Shown here: in pieces, positions 19,548 through 28,621 of the stretch
How positions within the stretch are numbered: position 1 is the first letter of the stretch
Layout: each line of letters opens with the position of its first letter
Assembly: GCA_964617695.1 (NCBI GenBank)
Contig: CAZTYW010000002.1
Location: 598 to 64,597, forward strand
DNA from: an uncultured Dehalococcoidia bacterium
GTDB lineage: Bacteria; Chloroflexota; Dehalococcoidia; UBA2247; RBG-13-53-26
Reading direction: 5' to 3'
DNA length: 64,000 nucleotides
Program-made: the position numbers and the translations under genes
Notes under the pieces: model-generated
Told to the model about the DNA's origin: nothing
Databases searched by the model: none
What the model saw: the letters and a program-made list of their open reading frames with translations, nothing else

Positions 19548-19838
19548 TCAGTCCTCCAGTCTTACCAGCAAATGTCGCAGTATCCCTTCCGAGCTTTCGA
19601 GGTTCCTCTCCAGTTCTGCCGTTTGGCTTGGGTCGAGCGTGAACTGCGTCAACACGTAGTTCCCTTCCCTGAAGTTGCCTATTGGATAGGCCAGTTTACG
19701 TTTTCCCCACCGGTTGACCCCGGCGGTGATGGCGCCCTCTTTCTGGGTGATGAACCCGGTAACCCTCTCGATCTCGTTGTCTATGTCCTCATCGGCAATC
19801 TCAGGGCTGAAGACTACTGTCAGCTCGTATTCCTTCAT
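19548..19838 (-). CDS. rpsF: 30S ribosomal protein S6
   Basis: 96 aa; MKEYELTVVFSPE…GVNRWGKRKLAYPI…. Confidence 0.9.
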   Translation of the reverse strand: MKEYELTVVFSPEIADEDIDNEIERVTGFITQKEGAITAGVNRWGKRKLAYPIGNFREGNYVLTQFTLDPSQTAELERNLESSEGILRHLLVRLED

Positions 19839-19938
19839 GGCTTGTACCTGTTATTTCCTCCTTTGGGCATCAGCTAATCGGACACCCGTTGCCAAAACAA
19901 AATCAACTATAGCACATAACTGAGTGGCTGGACAAGGA

Positions 19939-21171
19939 TTAGTGTATCGGGAAGCGGCGACAGATCCCCTCCACCTCGCCACAGGCCTGGCTTTTCACCC
20001 TCTCGTCTCGCGGGCTGGTCAGCACGCGGTGGATCAAGGACGCAATCTGCCTCATCTCCTGCGGCCCAAGCCCCCTGGTTGTCACCGCCGGAGTGCCGAG
20101 CCTGAGGCCGCTGGTCGTCTGCGGGGGTAATGGATCAAAGGGGATGCCGTTTCGGTTGGCGGAGAGACCCACGCTGTCCAGGACTTCCTCGGCTGTCCTG
20201 CCTGTTATTCCCAGCGGGCGAAGATCGATCAGAAGCAGGTGGCTGTCGGTCCCTCCGGTGACTAGCCGGAACCCCAGCCTGGTCAGTTCGCTGGCCAGAG
20301 TCCTGGCATTCTCCAGCACCCTCTCCTGATAGGTGACAAAATCCGGTTGCATCGCCTCGTGGAAGGCAATGGCTTTGCCGGCGATAGCATGCATCAGCGG
20401 TCCCCCCTGGGTCCCGGGGAAGACGGCAGGGTCAAGGCGCCCGGCAAACTCCTGCCGGGACAGGATAAAGCCGCCGCGCGGCCCGCGCAGCGTCTTGTGC
20501 GTAGTAGAGGTCACCACCTCGGCCCAGGGGACCGGCGAAGGGTGCACCCCGGCGGCAACCAGGCCAGCAGTGTGCGCCATGTCTACCATGAGCAGCGCCT
20601 CAACCTCGGCGCCGATATCGTGCAACCTCTGGCAATCAATGATTCTGGGATAGGAGCTGGCTCCAGCCACGATCAGCTTCGGTCTGTGTTCCTTCGCTAG
20701 CCGCTCTATCTCGTCATAATCGAGCAGCTCTGTTTCTCTGTTCACCCCGTAGTGGACAAATCGGTACCATTTGCCTGAGAGACTGGCCGGGCTCCCGTGA
20801 CTCAGGTGGCCACCGTGAGCCAGGCTCATGCTCATGACAGTGTCTCCGTACTCCAGGAGAGCAAGATAGACTGCTAGATTCGCCTGGGTTCCGCTGTGGG
20901 GCTGGACATTGGCGTGCTCCGCGCCAAACAACCGCTTGGCCCTGTCGACGGCCAGCCTTTCCACCTGGTCGATCTCCTGGCAGCCGCCATAATAGCGGCG
21001 TCCCGGGTAACCCTCCGCGTATTTGTTTGTCAGGACTGAGCCCTGGGCCTCAAGCACCTGTTCTCCGGCGTAGTTCTCGGCAGCGATTAGTACCAGTTTG
21101 CGTGACTGGCGCTCCTTCTCCCTCTGGATCAGCGCAGCGGTCTCAATGTCTTTCTCTGACATGTCTCTCAT
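19939..21171 (-). CDS. glyA: serine hydroxymethyltransferase
   Basis: SHMT signature …[16 protein letters not shown]…[12 protein letters not shown]… The start is assigned to the internal ATG at 21169-21171 (or 21160-21162), overlapping the comF stop by a few nt. Confidence 0.9.
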   Translation of the reverse strand: MRDMSEKDIETAALIQREKERQSRKLVLIAAENYAGEQVLEAQGSVLTNKYAEGYPGRRYYGGCQEIDQVERLAVDRAKRLFGAEHANVQPHSGTQANLAVYLALLEYGDTVMSMSLAHGGHLSHGSPASLSGKWYRFVHYGVNRETELLDYDEIERLAKEHRPKLIVAGASSYPRIIDCQRLHDIGAEVEALLMVDMAHTAGLVAAGVHPSPVPWAEVVTSTTHKTLRGPRGGFILSRQEFAGRLDPAVFPGTQGGPLMHAIAGKAIAFHEAMQPDFVTYQERVLENARTLASELTRLGFRLVTGGTDSHLLLIDLRPLGITGRTAEEVLDSVGLSANRNGIPFDPLPPQTTSGLRLGTPAVTTRGLGPQEMRQIASLIHRVLTSPRDERVKSQACGEVEGICRRFPIH

Positions 21172-21875
21172 CCTTCCCGAGCCAAGGTTAGGCCCCACAC
21201 GGAGCTGGCCCCCGCTTCTTTCAGGGCCGCGGCACAGGAATCTAGTGTCGCTCCTGTAGTGCAGACGTCGTCGATAATCAGTACCTGCTTTCCTTCCAGC
21301 CTGCTATCGTTGCAGCAGAAAGCGCCTCGAACGTTGTTGCGGCGCGCCTCAGCGCTGGCGGTTCGGGCTTGAGCAGGCGCATCCCTGTGCCTGACAAGCG
21401 GCTTGTCCGTGACCGGCAAGCCGCTTCGTTTGCCCAGCTCCTGGGCCAGGAGCCCTGACTGATTATAGCCGCGCTCCCGCAGCCGCCGGGGGTGAAGGGG
21501 CACCGGTACTATGACGTCCGCTGGCACAGGTTTCGTTTCCAGGCTCTCGGCCATGAGTTGGGCGAGTGGGGAAGCCAGGGATTTGACACCATGATACTTG
21601 AACTGATGGATCGCCTGTCGCACCGATCCCTGGAAGAGGAACAGGGAACGAATACCATCGATTTCCAGCTTCCATGTCGAGCATGTGGGACAGCGGTCCT
21701 CCTCGATCAAGGGCCTACCGCATCTGGGGCACAGCGGCGGAAGGAGGCGGGGAAGAGTACGTCGGCATGAGGTACAGATTAGAGTACCTTCTCTGCCACA
21801 GCCCAGGCAATGCAGCGGGAAGAACAGGTCAAGAAGCACGCCCTTTAGCTGGTCGAGCTGGGCATTGAAATTCAC
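21168..21875 (-). CDS. comF: ComF family protein (phosphoribosyltransferase domain with N-terminal zinc finger)
   Basis: 235 aa. N-terminal double CxxC. C-terminal PRTase motif [14 protein letters not shown]. Confidence 0.8.
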   Translation of the reverse strand: MNFNAQLDQLKGVLLDLFFPLHCLGCGREGTLICTSCRRTLPRLLPPLCPRCGRPLIEEDRCPTCSTWKLEIDGIRSLFLFQGSVRQAIHQFKYHGVKSLASPLAQLMAESLETKPVPADVIVPVPLHPRRLRERGYNQSGLLAQELGKRSGLPVTDKPLVRHRDAPAQARTASAEARRNNVRGAFCCNDSRLEGKQVLIIDDVCTTGATLDSCAAALKEAGASSVWGLTLAREG

Positions 21876-21897
21876 ATCCGGTGTTCACCAGGATATT

Positions 21898-22113
21898 CTA
21901 ACGTCCTCGGGCGGAAGCATGCAGTGCGCCGTTTATGACTGGCTCGTTTATGTAAACGTCACCGTTCCTTATCTTCAGGTTGAAGCCACAGGTCGGGTTG
22001 GTGCATACCCATGCCTTGTAGTGGATGGCTGCCCCCTGGCTGCCAAAGTCGGACAAGGGCACGAGATCACCAACGCTGCATTTCTGGCACTTGGGGAAAG
22101 AGGAGTTCTCCAC
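21898..22113 (-). CDS. candidate small Cys-rich protein (CxxC…CxxxxC); start uncertain
   Basis: The track ORF begins at a TTG that is itself part of a GGGAGGTGG Shine-Dalgarno-like motif, so the likelier start is the GTG at 22111-22113, giving ~71 aa (…PKCQKC…CTNPTC…). No family recognised. Confidence 0.25.
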   Translation of the reverse strand: MENSSFPKCQKCSVGDLVPLSDFGSQGAAIHYKAWVCTNPTCGFNLKIRNGDVYINEPVINGALHASARGR

Positions 22114-22313
22114 AAAGCCACCTCCCAACTAAGTAGTTTGGTTAAAGTAGTATATACTATCGCCCCGTGCTTTGGCAATATTGGGGCGTGCGTCGGCTGC
22201 AGGGCCGTACCAGGCCTCGACCAGGCTGAGCGTACCAGGACGTCGTACCGATTGACGTCCAGTCCAATGTGTTGGTAAACTCGTGTCGGTACGGGTGTGA
22301 GGAGCAAGAAGCA

Positions 22314-22946
22314 GTGGGCATAAGCCTCCCCTTTCTTCCCAAAGGTGACAAGTTCTTTGACCTGTTCGAAGAAGGAGCGGCCAATCTGCTGAAGACAGCC
22401 AGGGTGTTCTGCGACCTTGTGGGAAGCTGGGAGGACGTCGAGGCCAGGGTAAGGGAGATCACCGACCTGGAGCACGCGGGCGATGACATCACCCATCGCA
22501 TTATGTCTAACCTGCACAGCACCTTTTTCACGCCTCTGGATCGTGAAGACATCGCCGCTTTGTGTCAGTCGTTGGACGATGTGGTCGACTTCATCAAGGC
22601 TGCAGCCGACGCCATGCTGGTCTACAAGACAGGTCGTCCGACGGCGAGTGCCATCGAGCTGGCGAACATTATTGTGGACGGTGCCCTTGAGATAGAGCGC
22701 GCCATGCCCAACTTGCGCCGTCGAAGTGCACTCAAGCGGATGTTACCATGCTGCGTGGAGCTGAACCGCCTCGAGAATGAGGGGGACCGGGTGCAGCGCC
22801 AGGCGCTGGTCGATCTGTTCGACCACGGGGCCGAGATCACTGACATAATCAAGTGGAGGGAGATCTACGAGCACATGGAGAGTGCCACGGATCGTTGTGA
22901 AGACGTAGCCAACGTGCTTGAGGGAGTCGCGCTCAAGCATGCCTGA
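22314..22946 (+). CDS. DUF47 family protein (PhoU-like regulator usually paired with Pit)
   Basis: …FLPKGDKFFDLFEEGAANL… is a typical DUF47 N-terminus. The start is taken at the GTG at 22314, with GAGGAG 9 nt upstream. The track ORF begins at an upstream GTG at 22269, which is also possible. Confidence 0.7.
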   Translation: MGISLPFLPKGDKFFDLFEEGAANLLKTARVFCDLVGSWEDVEARVREITDLEHAGDDITHRIMSNLHSTFFTPLDREDIAALCQSLDDVVDFIKAAADAMLVYKTGRPTASAIELANIIVDGALEIERAMPNLRRRSALKRMLPCCVELNRLENEGDRVQRQALVDLFDHGAEITDIIKWREIYEHMESATDRCEDVANVLEGVALKHA

Positions 22947-23943
22947 TGAGCCGTCTCTGGCGCTCTTTGTAGTTATCACGATTCTTGCCCTCGCCTTCGG
23001 TTTCACCAACGGTCTCAATGACGCTGCCAACGCCATCGCCACAGCCGTAGGTACAAGGGTCCTCTCACCTCGTGCTGCTGTCCTTGTGGCGGGTGTGGGC
23101 AACTTTGCCGGGACAGCCACCGGCACTGCCGTGGCCGCCACGATTGGCAAGGGTATTCTGGTGCCCGAAGCTGTCACCCAGTGGACGTTGATTGCCGCCC
23201 TGGCTTCTATCGTCGTCTGGGGTCTGCTGTGCACCCGACTGGGCCTGCCCATAAGCCTCAGCCACGGTCTGGTGGCCGGCCTGGTGGGGGCTGGAATAGC
23301 GACCGCAGGCACGCAGGTGATTCAATGGAACGTCTTTGGCAGGGTGCTGTCAGCCGTAGCTATCGCTCCGGCCCTGGGGTTCGTGGGTGGATTCGCCTTG
23401 ATGGCGGCCTTGATGTGGGTTTTCCGTGACAGCACGCCAGCCAGCATGCGCAACCTCTTCGGCAATCTCCAGATTCTCTCCTCTGCCTTCATATCTTACA
23501 GCCACGGCAAGAACGACGGACAGATGGCCATTGGAGTGATCACGGCTGCGTTGATCTACTATACAGGGGATGAGACGCTCTGGGATGGCATTCCCTGGTG
23601 GATCATCGGGTCATCGGCTTTCATGATGGCGCTGGGGACAGCCTTGGGTGGTTGGAGAGTCATGCGCACGGTTGGCCTGAGGATAACCACCCTTCGCCCG
23701 GTGCACGGGTTTGCTGCTCAAAGCTCGGCGGCCGCGGTCATCGAGGCAGCCTCTCATCTGGGCATCCCGGTGAGCACCACGCACTGCATCAGCTCGTCCG
23801 TTATGGGTGTGGGGGCTACCAGGCGCTTGTCCGCCGTGCGGTGGGGAGTGGCGGGCAACATGGTGGCCGCGTGGGTGATAACTTTTCCGGCCTGCGCTGG
23901 GCTTGGCTGGCTTCTGGGCTGGATATTCCGGGCCGGTTTCTAA
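22939..23943 (+). CDS. pit: inorganic phosphate transporter, PiT family
   Basis: …GFTNGLNDAANAIATAVGTR… is a PiT signature, duplicated in the C-terminal half (…YSHGKNDGQ…). The ATG at 22939 overlaps the DUF47 stop by 8 nt. Confidence 0.85.
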   Translation: MPDEPSLALFVVITILALAFGFTNGLNDAANAIATAVGTRVLSPRAAVLVAGVGNFAGTATGTAVAATIGKGILVPEAVTQWTLIAALASIVVWGLLCTRLGLPISLSHGLVAGLVGAGIATAGTQVIQWNVFGRVLSAVAIAPALGFVGGFALMAALMWVFRDSTPASMRNLFGNLQILSSAFISYSHGKNDGQMAIGVITAALIYYTGDETLWDGIPWWIIGSSAFMMALGTALGGWRVMRTVGLRITTLRPVHGFAAQSSAAAVIEAASHLGIPVSTTHCISSSVMGVGATRRLSAVRWGVAGNMVAAWVITFPACAGLGWLLGWIFRAGF

Positions 23944-24659
23944 GGTTCGGCCACGGGCTCCAGCCCCAGACTCTTCCCGATTCCCGCCAGTTGAGCAAAG
24001 GTCACTTCCTCCCCCCAGAGTTCGCCGCAAAGCTTGTCTACACTGACTTGAGGCTCTCTGCCGGGGCACAGACTCTGCATGACCCTTTTAGCTTCTTCCA
24101 GCCGTTCAGCCCTGGAGTAGTGGGGCCTTCCCAGGGCCTCCAGTCTGCCGTCAATGGAAAAGTGCCACAGCACATCCAGCCATTCGCCCACGTTCACCAG
24201 CGGGTGAGCAGCGGGGAACCTGCGTTCCCACCGGTCCTTGGCGTGCATTGCCTGATGCCACAGCACCAACTCGTATTCGAACTTATATACAAAGGGGTTC
24301 TTGGTGAGGATGATCAACACCGTGTCCCTGTCCCCGTTCACCGGGGCTCTTCCTTCGACGGAGTAAAGACTGTTGGCAGAACCGTGCTCCCAGAGTTGCA
24401 GCACGGTCCTTGATGGCTTCACCGCCAGGTCCCTGAGAATTCGCTTCAGCATCCTGGCCAGTGAGCTGACGCCTTCTGGTGGAAACTGGCTGTGCAGGCG
24501 CTGCTCAGTGTAGTCTACAAGTGCGTAACTGATGCTGACTCCGTGTCTCTCTTCGCTGATGGGGACAGCGAGAGTGTCGATCACTTCGCCTTTGCCGGTA
24601 ACGTAGGGCACTTCATATGTGAGCTTCAACTCTTCGACAACGTCGGCTCTGGTGCTCAT
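23940..24659 (-). CDS. hypothetical protein
   Basis: 239 aa with no recognisable domain. Convergent with pit, overlapping it by 4 nt. Monocistronic. Confidence 0.5.
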   Translation of the reverse strand: MSTRADVVEELKLTYEVPYVTGKGEVIDTLAVPISEERHGVSISYALVDYTEQRLHSQFPPEGVSSLARMLKRILRDLAVKPSRTVLQLWEHGSANSLYSVEGRAPVNGDRDTVLIILTKNPFVYKFEYELVLWHQAMHAKDRWERRFPAAHPLVNVGEWLDVLWHFSIDGRLEALGRPHYSRAERLEEAKRVMQSLCPGREPQVSVDKLCGELWGEEVTFAQLAGIGKSLGLEPVAEP

Positions 24660-24761
24660 CGCTCACTATTATAAGGCTTGTGAGTCCCTGTTTCCCATTT
24701 TGACAGGCTGCAGGTGCCCACCTATACTCTGTTATGTTATCTTCGAAGGTGTTTTGTGCCA

Positions 24762-25784
24762 ATGAGCAGCCCGAAGCAGGAGATTGCTGAGCGCGTTCTG
24801 GGGTTCATCCGACGCCACAGCCTTGTCTCACCGCCGGAGACTCTGGTGGTTGGAGTCTCTGGCGGGCCGGACTCGGTCTGCCTGCTGCACCTTCTGGTAC
24901 GGCTCAAGGACAGCCTTGGCATCGGACTGCACGTGGCACACCTGGATCATGCTTTGCGAGGAGCCGAGTCGCGGGCCGATGCTGAGTACGTTTCGGAGCT
25001 CGCCCATCGGCTGGGCATACCCGCTACTATGGGACGGAGGGACGTCAGGGACTATCGGGCCAGACACCGCCTGTCCCTGGAAGAGGCGGCGCGCCGGGTG
25101 CGATATGAGTATCTTGCCGGGGTGGCTGCTGATGTGGGGGCAGGCAGGATCGCCGTAGGCCACAATGCGGATGACCAGGCAGAGACCATCCTGATGCGAT
25201 TGCTGCGCGGGGCCGGCGCTCTTGGGTTGCAGGGCATGCAGCCCCTGACGGCGTGGGGTTCACTCGGCGGCAACAGGGGCCTGAAGGTGATTCGCCCAAT
25301 CCTTGAGGTGACCAGAAAGGAAGTGGAGGCGTACTGTCAGCAACATGGCCTCTCTCCGAGGCAGGACTCCTCCAACCTTTCCCGTTCACATCTGAGGAAC
25401 CGCGTTCGCCACGAGCTCGGACCTTTGCTGGAAAGCTACAACCCGAGAATCAATCAGGCCCTGCTTCGCACCGCCGATACGCTGGCCATTGAATCGTCCT
25501 TCTTTGAAGAACGGGTCAGAGATGTATGGGATGAAGTGGTCAGTGAAGAGGGCTCGGGGCTGCTCCTGAGGGCAACCGAGATCAGGTCATTGCATCCTGC
25601 CCTGCAGCGCCATCTGCTGCGCCAGGCGGCGAGGAGGGTGCTGGGCAGCCTCGAGGATATCGAGTGGAAGCACGTGGACAGGATGGCACGAGCTTTGAAG
25701 CTGCCTGCGGGCAAGCGGGTGGTCTTGCCCCGTGGCTTGACTCTCTACGTGGAAGATGCTGGCTACCGCGTAGCCGTGGAATAG
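24762..25784 (+). CDS. tilS: tRNA(Ile)-lysidine synthetase
   Basis: PP-loop SGGPDS in …LVVGVSGGPDSVCLLHLL… The internal ATG at 24762 is taken as the start. Confidence 0.85.
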   Translation: MSSPKQEIAERVLGFIRRHSLVSPPETLVVGVSGGPDSVCLLHLLVRLKDSLGIGLHVAHLDHALRGAESRADAEYVSELAHRLGIPATMGRRDVRDYRARHRLSLEEAARRVRYEYLAGVAADVGAGRIAVGHNADDQAETILMRLLRGAGALGLQGMQPLTAWGSLGGNRGLKVIRPILEVTRKEVEAYCQQHGLSPRQDSSNLSRSHLRNRVRHELGPLLESYNPRINQALLRTADTLAIESSFFEERVRDVWDEVVSEEGSGLLLRATEIRSLHPALQRHLLRQAARRVLGSLEDIEWKHVDRMARALKLPAGKRVVLPRGLTLYVEDAGYRVAVE

Positions 25785-25795
25785 GGCCTCCGGCG

Positions 25796-26101
25796 CTACT
25801 CCCTGGACGCCCAGTCCTGCATCAGCTTCTTGATTTCCTCTGCCAGCTTGGGGTTCGATTTCAGCCGTCTGACGAAGATCGGGCAGCCTTCCAGGAGCAC
25901 GTTCTGTGCCACCGCCGCCATGTTCGTCATGAAGCTGCGAAATTCCTGTTCACTCTGTTGATTGTAGCCTGTGCCAGGCATCTGGCGCATCTCTCGCATC
26001 AGGTCCTCTGTTCCGAACCTCATCGGCATGACGCAAGATTTGTACCAGGGGCATTGTTTGCACTCTATCAGGGAAGAAGCTTCATCCAGGATGTCACCCA
26101 T
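25796..26101 (-). CDS. hypothetical small protein (101 aa, four Cys), co-transcribed downstream of the MiaB-like gene
   Basis: Its start overlaps the stop of the upstream methylthiotransferase gene by 8 nt. No family recognised. Confidence 0.45.
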   Translation of the reverse strand: MGDILDEASSLIECKQCPWYKSCVMPMRFGTEDLMREMRQMPGTGYNQQSEQEFRSFMTNMAAVAQNVLLEGCPIFVRRLKSNPKLAEEIKKLMQDWASRE

Positions 26102-27371
26102 GTCTGTCCTCCGTCACCAGCTCCCCAAGCAGCCCACCGGCACGCTCGGCTGCCAGCCTTACTTCCAGCAATTGATTTGTCAGGTCTTCCTCGCTCTCGG
26201 TGAATACCCGAAGATAGTTGGCAGTGAGTCCGCTCCAGGTTGATTGCTCCATTCTACTCTCCCACAGCACTGTCATCCTCCGCCCTACGTGCCGTTCCAT
26301 GAAACGCTGCCTGCTTTGCCGGGCAAGCGCCAGCATTCTCTGGCTGCGCTGTCTCTTCACCCTTTCATCCACACGGTGCGGCATGGCTGCGGCAGCCGTG
26401 CCGGGCCGCATCGAATAGGGGAAGACGTGAATCCCGGCAAAGCCGATACTCTGGCAGAAGCGATAGCTCTCCTCAAACTCCCTCTCCCCTTCACCCGGGA
26501 AGCCAACAATGATATCGGTGGTGATGGCCAGGTCAGGGATTGCCGCCCTGGCAAGGGACACTGCCCTCTCGTAATCGGCAGCGGAGTACGGCCGCTTCAT
26601 TCTTTCCAGTATTACCTGGCTGCCGCTTTGCAGCGGCATATGGATGTGAGGGCAGACGCGTTCGTTAGCCCACAGCCCGAGCAGCGCCGGGGTCAGGTCC
26701 TGAGGCTGCAGGGAAGAGAGGCGCAAGCGCTCGATATCCGTCCTGTCCAGAATAAGATCAACCAGGTGTGGCAGGCCAAACCGCCCCTGTCCATTCCACC
26801 GGTAGGCTCCTACCCTGGTTCCGGTGAGGACGACTTCCTTGTAGCCTGACGCTGCTCTTACATCGACCTGATGCACGATTGTCTCGGGGGGAAGGCTGTG
26901 CTCCTTGCCTCGTGTGTACGGGACCACGCAGAAGGAGCAGAAGCTGTCGCAGCCCTCCTGGATCTTGACCAGGGACCGGGTCCGGGTTTGATAGTCCCTG
27001 CCGCGTCCTCCCTTTGCCGTGGCTCCGATGCTGCCTCTGGCCTCCAGTATGTCCACCAGCCTGTCCTTTTCCCTGTTTCCCAGGACCAGGTCTACCGCAC
27101 CCAGCCGGCCTAGCTCATTGCCTGCCCGCTCGGCGTAGCAGCCGATGGCCACCGTGGTCGCTTCCGGGTTGGCCCGCTGCGCTGCCCGCAGCAACTGGCG
27201 AGCCTTCCGGTCAGCCACGTGTGTGACGGTGCAGGTGTTCAGCACGTACACGTCGGCCTCTTTGGCTGACTCCGTCAGTTGATGACCTCTGTCGATGAGC
27301 TGGCGGGCAAGCGACTCGGTCTCCGCCTGGTTCAGCTTGCACCCCAGGGACTCCAGGGCGATCTTGCTCAT
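26094..27371 (-). CDS. MiaB/RimO/MtaB-family radical SAM methylthiotransferase
   Basis: N-terminal MTTase domain (…LGCKLNQAE…VYVLNTCTVT…), radical SAM core (…CDSFCSFCVVP…) and TRAM-like C-terminus. The start is taken at the internal ATG at 27369-27371. Confidence 0.85.
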   Translation of the reverse strand: MSKIALESLGCKLNQAETESLARQLIDRGHQLTESAKEADVYVLNTCTVTHVADRKARQLLRAAQRANPEATTVAIGCYAERAGNELGRLGAVDLVLGNREKDRLVDILEARGSIGATAKGGRGRDYQTRTRSLVKIQEGCDSFCSFCVVPYTRGKEHSLPPETIVHQVDVRAASGYKEVVLTGTRVGAYRWNGQGRFGLPHLVDLILDRTDIERLRLSSLQPQDLTPALLGLWANERVCPHIHMPLQSGSQVILERMKRPYSAADYERAVSLARAAIPDLAITTDIIVGFPGEGEREFEESYRFCQSIGFAGIHVFPYSMRPGTAAAAMPHRVDERVKRQRSQRMLALARQSRQRFMERHVGRRMTVLWESRMEQSTWSGLTANYLRVFTESEEDLTNQLLEVRLAAERAGGLLGELVTEDRHG

Positions 27372-27586
27372 TTCTGCATCCAGGTCCAATTCTATAATGG
27401 ATGCCGTGGGACTTCAAAGAGGGCCAGGGCTGAGCCAGCAGCCCCTTCGATGTTGGAGCAGGGACGGTGCTTGTGCACGGGACCAGAGCGGTGGTTGGGC
27501 GGCGGCCGCGCTTGCCCGACTTACCCACTTGGTATAAGATATAACCCTTGCGAGCACTGGACCCAGAATAGGCCAGGAGGGGCGGT

Positions 27587-28564
27587 ATGTGGCTTCAAAC
27601 GAGAATGTTCTTGCTGGTAGCTCTGCTCTTCGCCATTCTGTACGGCGTGATCACCGGAATTGGGACGTGGGTAGGTGGCTTCAACCCCATTGTTTTCCTC
27701 ATAATCGGGTTCGGGTTCCTTTTCATCCAGTACCTGATCGGGCCGTCGATAGTGGGCTGGACGATGAAGGTAAGATGGGTATCCGAGAAAGAGGCTCCGG
27801 ACCTGCACAAGCTCGTTGCGGAACAGGCAGAGAAGGCTGGCATCCCCAAGCCCAGGGTGGGCGTTTCTCAGTTGTCCGCTGCGCCACCCAACGCCTTTGC
27901 CTTTGGCAGAACGCATCGAGACGGGCGGGTCTGCGTCACGCCGGCGATCGTGCGTCTGTTGAGTCGGGATGAACTGAAGGCCGTCGTGGGGCACGAAATG
28001 TCACATATAAAACACAGGGACATGGCTGTTATTACCGTGCTGTCGGCGATCCCGCTCATCATGTACTGGATTGCCTTGACCTTCATGTTCCGGGGCATGT
28101 TCGGTGGCAGGAGAGAAGGCGGCGGCTATGCTGTCTTTATCGGTCTCGGCGCATTTGTGCTCTACCTGATCACCAACCTGCTTGTGCTCTACGGTTCTCG
28201 CATCCGCGAGTACTATGCCGATCGAGGCAGCGTCAGGCTGGGCAATCCGCCGCATCATCTTGCCACGGCCTTATACAAGCTGGTGTACGGCAACGCCCGG
28301 TATAAGGACAGGCCGGAGCTCAAACAGATAGAGGGGGTGAAGGCGTTCTTCGTCAATGACCCCAGCCGGGCCTGGAGTGAGGTCAAAGAGTTGTCTCAGG
28401 TCGATACCGACATGAGTGGCACCATTGACCCCCTTGAACTGCAGGCGCTACGTTCCAAATCCATTCGCCTTACGTCGCAGGACAGGATGATGGAGGTAAT
28501 GAGCACCCACCCCAATATGCTGAAGCGGCTTCAGCACCTTTCCTCGCTGGCGCCTGGCCAGTAG
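27587..28564 (+). CDS. htpX: zinc metalloprotease HtpX homolog (peptidase M48)
   Basis: 325 aa. HEMSH zinc motif. Four predicted TM segments. Confidence 0.85.
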   Translation: MWLQTRMFLLVALLFAILYGVITGIGTWVGGFNPIVFLIIGFGFLFIQYLIGPSIVGWTMKVRWVSEKEAPDLHKLVAEQAEKAGIPKPRVGVSQLSAAPPNAFAFGRTHRDGRVCVTPAIVRLLSRDELKAVVGHEMSHIKHRDMAVITVLSAIPLIMYWIALTFMFRGMFGGRREGGGYAVFIGLGAFVLYLITNLLVLYGSRIREYYADRGSVRLGNPPHHLATALYKLVYGNARYKDRPELKQIEGVKAFFVNDPSRAWSEVKELSQVDTDMSGTIDPLELQALRSKSIRLTSQDRMMEVMSTHPNMLKRLQHLSSLAPGQ

Positions 28565-28621
28565 TCGGGAGGCTGGCCCGTTGGCAGGGCCGCCCGGCAT
28601 CGTGGGATGCAATAGCGAGCC

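Noticed and set aside
28565-28621. Imperfect GC hairpin (GGCTGGCCC…GGGCCGCCC) between convergent htpX and DnaI-like genes
   Set aside because: One mismatch in a 9-bp stem and no T-tract. It may be a weak terminator but is too uncertain to list as a feature.
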